DNA from: Marsupella aquatica
Lineage: Eukaryota > Plantae > Marchantiophyta
NCBI GenBank assembly: GCA_973895155.1
Contig: OZ316895.1
Coordinates: 18,710,408-18,774,407 of the forward strand
Direction: 5' to 3'
Length of the DNA stretch: 64,000 bases
The stretch's first letter is position 1, and each line of letters opens with the position of its first letter. The position numbers were made by a program, and so were the translations under genes. The notes beneath the pieces are model-generated. The model saw only the letters and a program-made list of their open reading frames with translations, searched no databases and was not told the DNA's origin. Shown here piece after piece: positions 10,067 to 20,457 of the stretch.

Positions 10067-11934
10067 ATGTCTCGATCGATCGTTCTATCTCGATTTGGAA
10101 CTAGGGATATTGTCACCATCCCCGTCCCTTTGGCAGACACGTACAAGCAGGTCCGAGAGAGATACCTCTACGGGAGATTTGATTTGAACATGAATCCATT
10201 GTTCGAGAGGTTGAATCCAATGATGACATCAAAGATGCTGCAATGTTCAATGTTGATGATGGTGAACGGTTTTGGCATCTTAACGCAAGGATTTCATACT
10301 CACTTTGGGTTAGACAACATGAAGGACTGTCAAGTGTCCCTCAAGTTCCATTTGATGTTGTCAAGATTTCTTCTAGTGAAGATGGAGATCACACTCCAAG
10401 TCCTTTGTTGAAGATGAAAGTCCCGCAACATGTTGTCATTAAAGGTGAGACTTCGGGAAGCTCTAACCAGTTGGAGGTCGTGTATCGGCAAAGTGCAATG
10501 GACACATGCTCAAATCCACTGGTCATGCATAGCAAGTTATCAAGGTTCACATCAGTGGGGGTACACAACATCATCAGTTATCTCAAAAATTTCAGAATCT
10601 CAGTTGAGGAGTTAAGATGGGGCCTTCGAACTTCCGCGCATCTCAGCTGGGCAGTCGAGGTTGACTCAATCTCGGCTGACCTCGCCGAGATGGGCGTACG
10701 GACTGAAAAAAAAATTTAAAAATTCCCCCCCCAAAAAAAATTTGAATTTTTTTCCCCATCTAAGCTGGCCTTGCCGAGATGGGGCGTACGGACCGAAAAA
10801 AAGGGGGAAAAAAACCAAAAATTTGAAGAAATTTTTTTTTGAAAAAAAAGTTCAAATTTGTTTTTCCCATCTCGGCTGGGCTCGCCGAGATATTGTCCGT
10901 ATGGTACGGATGCCTCATATAAAAAAAGTTTTCCTTCAAATTTTGAAAAAAAATTCAAGTTTTTTTTTTCTTCATTTTTTTCTTTTTAGCATCGCAACTT
11001 GGCGGCCTCCTTGAGATGAGGTGACAACTGATATCAGGTACACTGATGAAAGTGACTGATAACTGATGAGATTACTTATCTCATATCAGTGGGTGATTTC
11101 AGACATGAGCAAGTATCTTGTCTGCCAAACAAGTACAACGGGAACGTTGTGTTTGAATTGCCACCAATCGACAAGATGCTCTCTAAAGGATCTAGGCTTA
11201 GGGACATGGACCATGCCAAAGATTGCTACATTTGGACTCGCATATTTCCAACCACCGCAAACGTCCATTCAAAAAAACATTGGCAATTCGATAAGGTTAC
11301 CTGTATGGGATTTATTGAATGTCGGAACAAGTCCTGCAAGTACTTCCAAGGAAGAAGAAGGCAAATGCTAAAGCATGGCATGGTACTCCAAAGCCTAGTG
11401 GTTGGGATCTTTTATCAAAGAGGGAGGTGTTGTACATGTCATTATTGTCAAAAAATTCCTTTTTGTGTCAAGTACTGCCCTGCTCGCTTGTTTTATATGT
11501 ACCTGCAAGTATTACTTGATGCAGAAACATGTAGTCATATGTCTTGTCTGGCAATTCATATAGGTGAGCATAACCATCCAAGTAGAAAAACCTTCTCTAG
11601 GAGTGTAGAGAAGATGGCTGAGGATTTAATTTAAAAAAATCATGAAGCCAATCCTTTGGCAAAACCAATAGGGATCTTGAATTCTGCTATAGGGTCGATA
11701 GTGAAAGCTCTGTGCAAACATGTTGACGACATGGTCGATATTGAAGAAACTGAAATATGGAAGTCTCTGATGGGACTTTCCACTCCCCAAAAGTTTGCAT
11801 TGCTTTGTTGAAGCGTTAGGATAGACCAAAAGGGTTGGGGTGAGTTAGATTTTCTCTCGCAAATGCAAAAGAGGATTAACCTATCGTTTCTCCAAAGGTA
11901 TTTTCTCCCAGGTCAGGGTTGTCAAGACGATAGG
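10067..11934 (+). mobile_element. GCM-like zinc-finger transposase gene, 5' part (GCM/SWIM-type DNA transposon), disrupted and cut by an LTR-type insertion
   Basis: LPNKYNGNVVFELPP...CMGFIECRNKSC...CHYC..IP...CPAR.....IHIGEHNHP is a GCM/WRKY-superfamily Zn-finger pattern. Reading ends at FLPGQGCQDDR where TGTGA begins (11935). Non-coding hairpin region at about 10590-11040. Confidence 0.65.
10597..11018. repeat. Array of ATCTCGGC-N7-GCCGAGAT hairpins separated by A/T tracts
   Basis: Clear copies at 10669-10691, 10754-10784 and 10869-10891; degenerate copies at 10597, 10639 and about 10990. Confidence 0.8.
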
Positions 11935-14900
11935 TGTGATGCGTCCCATGGCTCCCTAAACCCAAGAAACCCCCTTGCACAAGTTGATTCCCATAGGTTT
12001 CGTTCTGGGCGAGGCCGGTTCCACGGCTTATCGGCATGGGATGCTGCTAACTCTCTTCTATTAACATTTTACACACATATACTGGACAGATCCTTCATCG
12101 GGTCATGAGATAAGTAGCCGGCCTATTCTATGCCTTCGCTTCTCTTCCTCTCCTAGTCTTCCTTTAGGTATGTTTGGATTCCGCCGCCGGAATGATCCCC
12201 GATTGGCTTGGGTTAGCCACTAAGACCTCTCTCAGCTCGACACATCCAACTCGTACTACCTGACTTACTTCCCTTCTCTCTTGGTTGATGTGGGCAATCT
12301 TCAAACAAGTTAATGCGACACACAAATAGCAAATTGACTCCTTCTGACTGAGTTATACCATGCACTTGCCATACAAAGAATACTTCTCATACACAAGATC
12401 TGCGAACTAAGTCGTGAGGCCAACTCTATTCATCTCTTAGGCATGAGGAAACATGAATATACACAAGCCAGGGTCACTATATAACTAACCAAGAGCTTCT
12501 TTTACTACTTGATCCCAGCCCTGCTAGTGCACTAAAAACTTGCTAAAGAAGAAGGCCCTGAACTCCCCGCTGCCCAGGTACTTATCCTGGCAATGGATCC
12601 GCCTAATTCCTTGCAACGTAAGCCTAATCTATCCTAACTATAATCTACCTATGTACAACGAGGTAGGAGCACAAGTGTTGCTCTTACCAGTGGATCCGCA
12701 ATCCCACTTATCTAAGTGTCAGGGCCGCCTCTTGGTCTTGATCATAATTTCTAAACTTAGAGATTTGCGCTTGCCTTGCCCACTCATGCCTCCTCCCTCC
12801 ATGTCCGCCCTCCTTAAAAGGAGCGGCCCTCCACCACGGTCATGGTAGCGGTGGCTGATCCTCAATGGACGCTCCCAACACTTCCTCCGCAGCCATTGCC
12901 GTAGATCCGTCCTCTGACAGATTACCTGCCCCAGATCCAGTCAACTCTCCAGCGGCCTGACTGGATCCACCCTCGGCTTTGGCCTCAGCTTTGGCTACGC
13001 CCTCAGATATGGCTACGGCCTCAGATACGGCTAGGCCTCAGATACGGCTACGGCCTCCCTGGCCTGCTCTAGTGGTGGATCCAATACCCCGACTTCATCA
13101 ATGATTGTCCCGGACTCTACCTTGCCATCCCCGCCTTCTAGGATAGTTGAATCCTTTGCCGTGACCCTGCCTGAGGCTGGTGCCGTGTTCTCCCCCTTGA
13201 TCACGGTGGCTTGAGAAGCCGCGTTGCTCCCTGACCCAGAAGGTTTCCGCTTCTTCTTCTTCCTTGGTTCAGCAACTGGTCCCTTCCCCTTGCCACTTAC
13301 CTCTGGCACCGATGCGAGTGTTGCGGCTTGTCCCTCGGCCAGTATTACCCCTAGCAACTTGGTTGCCACAATTGGAGTTTGAACTGATGAAGCCAAGTAC
13401 TTAAATACTACGGCTTGTTTCTTCAGCCACTCTGTTGGGTTGCCGGCCCGCCATTATAAGTTCTCCATCTTCCTCGTGCTTTCCTCAAACTCCTCCTGCA
13501 TTTTGTCTAGTTCCTTGCGCGCCTCCACCAGCTCCTTCTGGGCTTCCTCCAATTCCTTTCTTAAGGCAACCCTCTCTTCTTGGGTTGCTCTTAGCTCCTT
13601 GTCGAGCTCTGTTACGACCTCAGACTCCATCTGGTTCATCTTGGCATAAGTCTGATCGAGTTGGTCATCCTTCTCACGCAGGTCGGCCTTGAAGCTGGCC
13701 GTCAGGAATGCAAGCTCCTATTGCAGCACAATAATCCCTTGATAGGATCTCCCTAACTCAGCCTCCTTCTGTTCAAGGGCTCCGCGGAGATCCTCGAGCT
13801 CCCCCTTCAGCGCCCTCTCCTTCCTCTGTGTCTCCGCCATGGCCCAATTGTTGGTTGCTATGTGGACCTCCTCTGTGTCCTTCAGCTCCCGCTCCCACTT
13901 CTCCTTTTCCTTGATCGCGTCGGCCAACTCCCCTTGGGTCCAAGTCAATTTATCCTTGATAATCTAACTATCAAACTGAGCGGTATCTAGTTGCCCCTGC
14001 ATGATGTTTAGCTCATGCCGCTTAATCCGCAGCTCATCTTGGGCTTTCTTGGCCGCCTTCAGGTCTTTTGCCTTGGCTTCCTTCTCCTTAAGCCGTTGGA
14101 TGAGCTCGTCCTTCTTCCTCCTCTCCAAAGCCACCGCTTCCTCCAATCAATGTTTTTCCAACATCTCCCTCTGGAAAAAGGGTCCCTCCTCCAACTCCTC
14201 CCCAAAGATATTGAGCGCAAGTTCCCCACACATCTCCCCGTACTCCATAGCTCTTTCTTGCGCATAGGTGAGTGAGTAGTAGTCATCGGCATTACCCACC
14301 GCGGCCTTTGTTCCCAAGCCACCTTTTGGATCTCTTCTATCGTGATTGGTAGGCTGCTTTGTCCTTCGGCAAGCCGCCGGATGTCCTTTGGCCATTCTCC
14401 CCTAGGTAAATCCTTCTCCTTGGCCAAGGCTGCCTCCTCTTCTTCCCTGAGTCGCTCCTGAAACTCCTGTGCCGTCTATTTTATCCCGTCAAATCTTGGG
14501 GGAGCGACATCTGGTGGGGGAGACTTGGGGCTGCTCTGCTGGGTGGGGTCCCCTCAAACTACTCTAGGAAGCATGGGGATGAAACGGCCACAGGTCCTTA
14601 CTCCTGGGACATGATGGTCCGACCCGTAGCCGGAGTCGTCATTGCCGTAGTCCTCCACCACCTCCTCCCCGGCTTGGATTATCGGCTCCCCCCGTTGCTC
14701 TCCTAGTCTTGCTGTGAACATGGCCTCCTACCAAACACAGCTCATGGGTCCTGGTTCCTCCTCCGGCTTCCAGGCTGATCTCTCCTTCTCCCTATTGCGA
14801 CCAGGAGCTTTGGGCTGCTCTCCCTCGGCTTCTGGACTTGCGGCTCCCACATACATTCGAACCCCTGGCTTGTGTTCCGGCCTTCTTCTTTCCTTGGCTT

Positions 14901-15700
14901 CGGTAAAGGGTTTTTCCCTTGTAAGTTGGCTGAGACCTACCTCTGGAGCAATGTCCTGTACCAATGTCGTTGCCGTCGCAGCCCTTTTTTCCTTCTCCAG
15001 CAATTTCAAAAGATTTTGCATGCCTGGTTGCTGCATCGGCAAGTCTTCCGTCCTCGGCCTAAACACTTGTTTGATCGTAGGACTACCGGGCTGGTTGGGT
15101 TTCTCTACTGCCGGCCTCTAGTCCGGAACCTCCTCTGGTGCCCTTGTCTGCAGGGGAAGTACTGGGGCAAAGATCTAACTTTGGGCATACCGGCACAACA
15201 ACGGCATGTGATAGCCAAGCCGGGACACACTTCCCTTGCCGATCACCTGCTGTTCCTCCTTCAAGATCTTCTTCAGTTGGGTGAGGAGGTACCCGTTGTA
15301 GTCCCGGCTTGAGTCTGGCCTCTCAGCTAGGTAGACTTGTGCCTTGCGGATCTCTGGCCTCGGTAGGTTGCAGTGCATGGTTACCCGCAAGAAATCAATC
15401 ATCTCCCCAATGTGCGGGTTGGTGCAGGTGTTCCAAAAGAAGCCATTGTTGGTTGATGGCCCTAGGAACGACCGGAACTCCTTGTCTGGCAAGGCCTTCT
15501 TGGTATCTACTTTGGTCTTATTGCCCATTGGCAAGCCAAACACCTCGGCAATCACCTGGGGAGTGAGATAGAAATCCTTCCCATACACCCTTGTGGAATT
15601 TGTCTCGAGATCCCATGATCCCACGAATTCTAATAAGTCAGAATCCGGCACCTCCGATGTCATAAAGAAATGAGTTTTAGAGTTAGAATACCTCACATAG
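11935..15700 (-). mobile_element. LTR-retrotransposon-type fragment with TGTGA terminus, PMD-like ORF and coiled-coil ORFs
   Basis: 11935-12930 is homologous to 35401-36370. Minus ORFs: 15175..15696 (EFVGSWD...LTPQVIAEVFGLP), 13454-14395 (E/K-rich coiled coil) and 13031..13396. Confidence 0.65.
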
Positions 15701-16012
15701 AGTTTCTCACTCCATTAGACATTATTAAAAATTAAATAAAAATAAATAGTGTGACTTAGAGTAGTCATTTATAAATTATTAGATATAATAGACCAAAATC
15801 ATAGAATAGGTGGTCGTGGATCCTAGACGCAGATAGAATCCAAAGGATTCTCTCTCATGATCTAGAGTATTGTAAGTCAATAATTGACAGTGCCAATTAT
15901 GCAAAGTTTGAGTATATCAAACAGAAGACTCGAAAACATTCTTGGTACACACGGAAAATGCCTCTGGAAGCTCTTGTTTATATTTTGTGCGAAAACAAAA
16001 TCAAAGCTTACA

Positions 16013-16644
16013 CTAACCAGAGGATTGGGTTACTGAAGAAGGAGCTGAAGCGGAGCACTGACGGAGCTGACGAGCACTAGGGTGTGGATCTTTGTCAGGG
16101 TTTTGTGTAGGACTGGATGATTTAAAGGTACCTTTAAATCTCCTAGACGGAGGTGTTTCTACTATCAACCGGGCTTTTTTTTTGAGTTTTTGGTATCCGG
16201 AGGACTTTTCCGCAGGAATAGGGCACTGTGCTTGGCCCGTGGCCACGGTTTTGGTCAACCCTAAGGTGGCTGGTGGTTGTGGTCGAGGGAGTGAAAAAGG
16301 CTTATGCGGATGAAGCATCTGGGCGTTGTGAAAGAAGCTATGTGTGGAGTAACTAATCTCGGTACCAACGACTGGTTTAGGGAATCTGTTAAAATTAGCT
16401 TCTGGTTTGGAGGGTCACCTGCTTTTGATTGAAGTGCTGACTTATCCCTGGCATACACGGCACTTGGGTCTGCACCTGGGATCATCATCAGGGGGAGCTT
16501 CTGGCGGGGAGGTGAGATCTTTCTTCTTGAACGCTGTCTGATTTCCATCATCAGTGAGAACTTGGGATGCCGGTGGAGTGCTGAAATTTACTACTTTAGC
16601 CAATCCTCTATCTTTGATCGGAACTTGCACCTATAAAGTGCATC
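16013..16644 (+). mobile_element. Isolated L1 5' UTR fragment
   Basis: Closely matches the reverse complement of 51122-51750, the 5' end of the full-length L1. Confidence 0.85.
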
Positions 16645-17424
16645 AATGTCAAGGTGAATAAAGATCTTGAGCAGAGAAAAAGATGATGAAAAGGGGAAAG
16701 TTGTCAAGGGTGGGAAGAAAATGTTGCGGTGAGATGAAGATGTCAATGTGAAAAAAGATGTCAATATAAAGTAAAGACGTTAAGGAGAAATAAATATGAA
16801 AAGGCAAGAAAAATCAAGAGAAAAATATGTCAAGGCAAGAAAAGATGTCAAGGTGAGACAAAAACATAATTGTAAACTTTGCCGATGTAGTTGTTGAGAC
16901 ATTTTATGTGTGATCCCGACCATACAGATGTTGTGGTCATGTTCAATACACATGTGTTGCACTTAAGATGTTGTGTAAACGATATCATTGCATAAAAGAT
17001 GTCTATATAAAAAAGATGTTGTTACAAAAATAATAGAGGAGAACGTGAGCTAAATAGATGATGGTAACCGAGGCACATGCATTTACGTAACACTAGGTCG
17101 AAGGTGATATCTCCACTCCTCATGGCCTCCTCGCCCCTTTTCTCTTGGGCTGCCCTCCCCCCCCCCCCCCCCCCTCTCCTCTTCCACAACCCAATAAAAA
17201 GCAAGGCTGTCCCTTTTCTCTCCTTTTTCCCTCTTATTCTTTACTTATTTTCTTTATTGTATTTTCATCTCCACTTGCTCCACTTTGTCTCATCTCTTCC
17301 ACCTACATACTTATGGGATGGTAACACAATATATATTGAGCCCCTCACCCATGGCTCCATCAATTAATTTCCCCTCCCTACTTTGAACTTTATGGCTTCT
17401 AGTCTTGTCCCCTCATAATGGTGT

Positions 17425-17494
17425 CCCAAGTGCCCCTATCCCAATGACAACACATGGCACCCAAGTGCCCCCATCCCAATGACAACACATGGCA
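17425..17494. repeat. 35-bp tandem duplication
   Basis: CCCAAGTGCCCC(T/C)ATCCCAATGACAACACATGGCA x2. Confidence 0.9.
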
Positions 17495-18099
17495 TTCACA
17501 TAGAGTGCATGCCATATCTCACTCCTAGAGAATCTCTGTGATATATCAAAATACTTATTTTGTCTCCTTTAGACAAGGGAGATTGCTTTTTGAATAATGA
17601 AAGACCAGGATAAAAGAGAGTATAAATCCAATGGTCAAAAAATATTCTCTCCAAAAGTGAGTTTGTAAACCCACCATACTCCACTTTTGACGGGATAGGC
17701 TATTATAGTAATAGATGTTATGTGTAGAGGGGAGCTCAGTGAGGATGCTATTCTGGAGGAAGGAAAGGGGGGCTCACAATTAGAAGAGAGATCATACAAG
17801 GGGATGGGATTTAGTGAGGAGCTTGGAGAGAGGAGAGTTTAATCTGGGATATTGAGAAAGAGAAATGGGAGGGAAGAGATACAGGGAGCAGTTTGAAGTG
17901 AAGAAAAAGCAGCTCGGTTCATAATGAATTTATGGGGAGAAGGAGGTCTAGGAATACAAGAACAATATGGATAAGTGGGGAGGGTGTCATGGGGAGGGTG
18001 CCGTGGGGAGGAGTAATTGAAACTTCCACCTGAATCAATGAATTCACCTGAATCAATGAATTCTGAAAAACAAAAGCAGGTTATAACGCAGCTTGGGGT

Positions 18100-19250
18100 G
18101 GGACCGCATGCCATTGTGTCAGACCTAAGCAAGCCAGCCAGTAAACAACAAGACATCCCACAAAATCCATCAAAGCCCGGAGGAGCCAATGCTGTCACAA
18201 TCTCAAAACGAAGTAGCAAGGGTGCACCAACATGACATCCTGGCACAACAGAGCTGGCAAAACGGAGCAACACACAAGGGGAGAAGAAAAACCTCTTCTA
18301 CAGTAAGTAGCAATGCGAGCAATGCGAAGGGCTAGTCCTGACTAACTGTTCTAACAAACTCTGCAACATGTAGATTCTCAATCTAAAACAGCAGCAGCGG
18401 AAGTACCTCCTGGCAGACCAGAGCCAACTGTCACAATCCAAAATGCAGCAGCATTGGTGCACCAACATGATATCCTGGCACACGAGAGCCGACCGGTAGG
18501 AACAACACACGAGAAGACAAGAAACCTAATCTGAGGCGCAATACAAAAAGGGGTACTGGAATCCAGTTCTAACAAATTCTTCACCATCTATTACGACGTA
18601 AGCATAGCGAGACCTTAAAAATCTATGATCACTGTGTCAACCTAAAATAGCAGCCGCTGAAGGTTCTCCAACAAGACCTCCTGGCACACCAGAACTGGCC
18701 TAGAGTAGAAAACCTCTGGAAAAGAACACAGAAGAGAACGTTTCGGAGGCCAAGCCCAAGGATAAGAAGGGCCAGCGGAGGTGAATGGAAGGAGGCGTCG
18801 AGGACAACACGAGAAGCCAAAAATAAGTCAGTGGTATAAGATGCAAAAAAATGGTAGAGACAAGTGCAGCAACTTCCAACATGACATCCTGCTAATCAGA
18901 GTTGGCCCGTAGAAGAGAAAAAAAAGAAGGATTACCAATATGAAGTCCTGGCACATCGTAGCCGGCACGTCAAATCAGAGCTAAGAAACCTAGGAATAAA
19001 TCCAAGATGCAGAGCAATGGCTTGAGGCAGTATAATGAACAGAGATGCAAAGCAGAAAGCAGTGGGTGAGAACTAGCCGCAGCAACGACTGGAATGCGAA
19101 CCCGCGCCGGCCAGGGGAGTCAGAAGGGAGCTGTAGATTGGTAAGATTAGACAGAACTAGAGAAACAACAAAAGGAGAAATGCAGAAACATGTTGCACAA
19201 CAGCCTCTGATGATCCAACATGCCATCCTGTCTCATCAGAGCCGGCCCAG
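18100..19250 (+). repeat. Dispersed ~28-bp degenerate repeat CAWGACATCCTGGCACAHCAGAGCYGGC, partly within ~235-bp tandem units
   Basis: Copies at 18231, 18401, 18466, 18672, 18880, 18939 and 19219; they read QHDILAHQSRP-like on the plus strand. Confidence 0.7.
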
Positions 19251-20036
19251 ACTAAAAAGGTGCGTCCTCATCAAGGGGCAGAGACATAGCTTCTAAAGTC
19301 GTGATGAAATCGGACGTTCCACTTTCTTTGTGTACCCCGAGTAAAGTTCGATGTGCTTGAGGTGTTTGAGTACAAATTCAGCCGTTGATGAAGGAGAGAA
19401 TTACCATCTCATCGACGACAAACCGAGTACAAGGCAGATCCAACAGCACTCTTAGCAAGCCAGAGATCCAGTATGTGAAGCAAAGAGCAAGCCAGCAAGC
19501 TGCGGAGAAGGACGGAGAGAGGGGAGTCTTCGGTAGAACCACACCGTGCGATGCAAGGCGCCCGTCGCCTTCGAGCAGAAAATGAAATGGTGATCTTCTA
19601 TGCTGGTCGGGCGACGCTTGCAGAATTAATCTCCGTTTCCGAACCGGTGAGCCCATCGATTGGAATAGAGCACTCCATGAATACTTCTCCTTACACAAAC
19701 TTTCTCTTGGCAGAGATCCGCGCACCAGAGATTGTGTTGTTGCAGTCGCCATTGAGGAGGCCGGGAGTGAATCCAGTGTTCCACTGTATGTTGAGAGCCC
19801 CCAAGTTGGGTGCCGAGAAGTCAATTAATTGTCAGGCAGAGGCTGGCGAGCGTTCGTAGTTGGACTTTGTTGATTCCAGGGCCACAGGCCGGTAAGAAAC
19901 AACATAGACTCCGCAACACAGTTAGAGGATTGAAGTATAGCAAGTGTCTTCCCGAGGGTTGCTTCTCAGCACAAACGGGAATCCGATGAGAGAAAGAATT
20001 TCCAGAGAGCTGCCTGAGAGTCCCCACTTGACATTA

Positions 20037-20267
20037 TTAAACCACACCTGCCACTATAAAACCCTTATTCCATGTCTACCCTTATTCCATGTATCAGTAC
20101 TCACCATAAAAGGTGGAACATTAGCAGGTTTTGTGAAATACTTGTCAAAAAAGGGTTTTGCAATTAGCACCTTTTGTGGAGCTCAAAGTCCATTTCTGAA
20201 CTTCTACTCCTTAGAATGAGAGCTACGGGGTTACCCATAGCCCTTTATAGGGGCAGGTGTGGTTTAA
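20037..20267. mobile_element. MITE-like element with 24-bp terminal inverted repeats
   Basis: TTAAACCACACCTGCCACTATAAA (20037-20060) vs TTTATAGGGGCAGGTGTGGTTTAA (20244-20267): one mismatch. Interior has no recognisable coding domain. Confidence 0.7.
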
Positions 20268-20287
20268 GCACTTTATGTGAACCATAG

Positions 20288-20439
20288 TGTTATAACCCAT
20301 ACCTAAACCTACCCTACCTAGGGTTAAACCCTACTACAGTTAGGCTAATTCCAACCGCCTAACTACCTAGCCTCCATAGGAGCTATATGTAATGGGGAGA
20401 TGATAAATGAAGTGATCAGTTGTTCCACACCTTACAACA
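20288..20439 (+). repeat. 5' LTR
   Basis: Identical to 26051-26202. Confidence 0.97.
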
Positions 20440-20457
20440 CGTTATCAGCACGATGCT
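20440..20457 (+). promoter_or_regulatory. Primer-binding site complementary to the anticodon arm of tRNA-Ile (half-tRNA priming)
   Basis: CGTTATCAGCACGA; its reverse complement TCGTGCTGATAACG matches the tRNA-Ile(AAU) anticodon arm TCGTGCTAATAACG as I recall it. Confidence 0.75.

Noticed and set aside
10661-11014. K/F-rich ORFs on both strands
   Set aside because: Artefacts of the A/T tracts in the hairpin array.
18231-19246. CRISPR-like repeat-spacer array
   Set aside because: Repeats are degenerate, spacers vary widely and are partly homologous to each other, no cas genes are present, and the context is eukaryotic.
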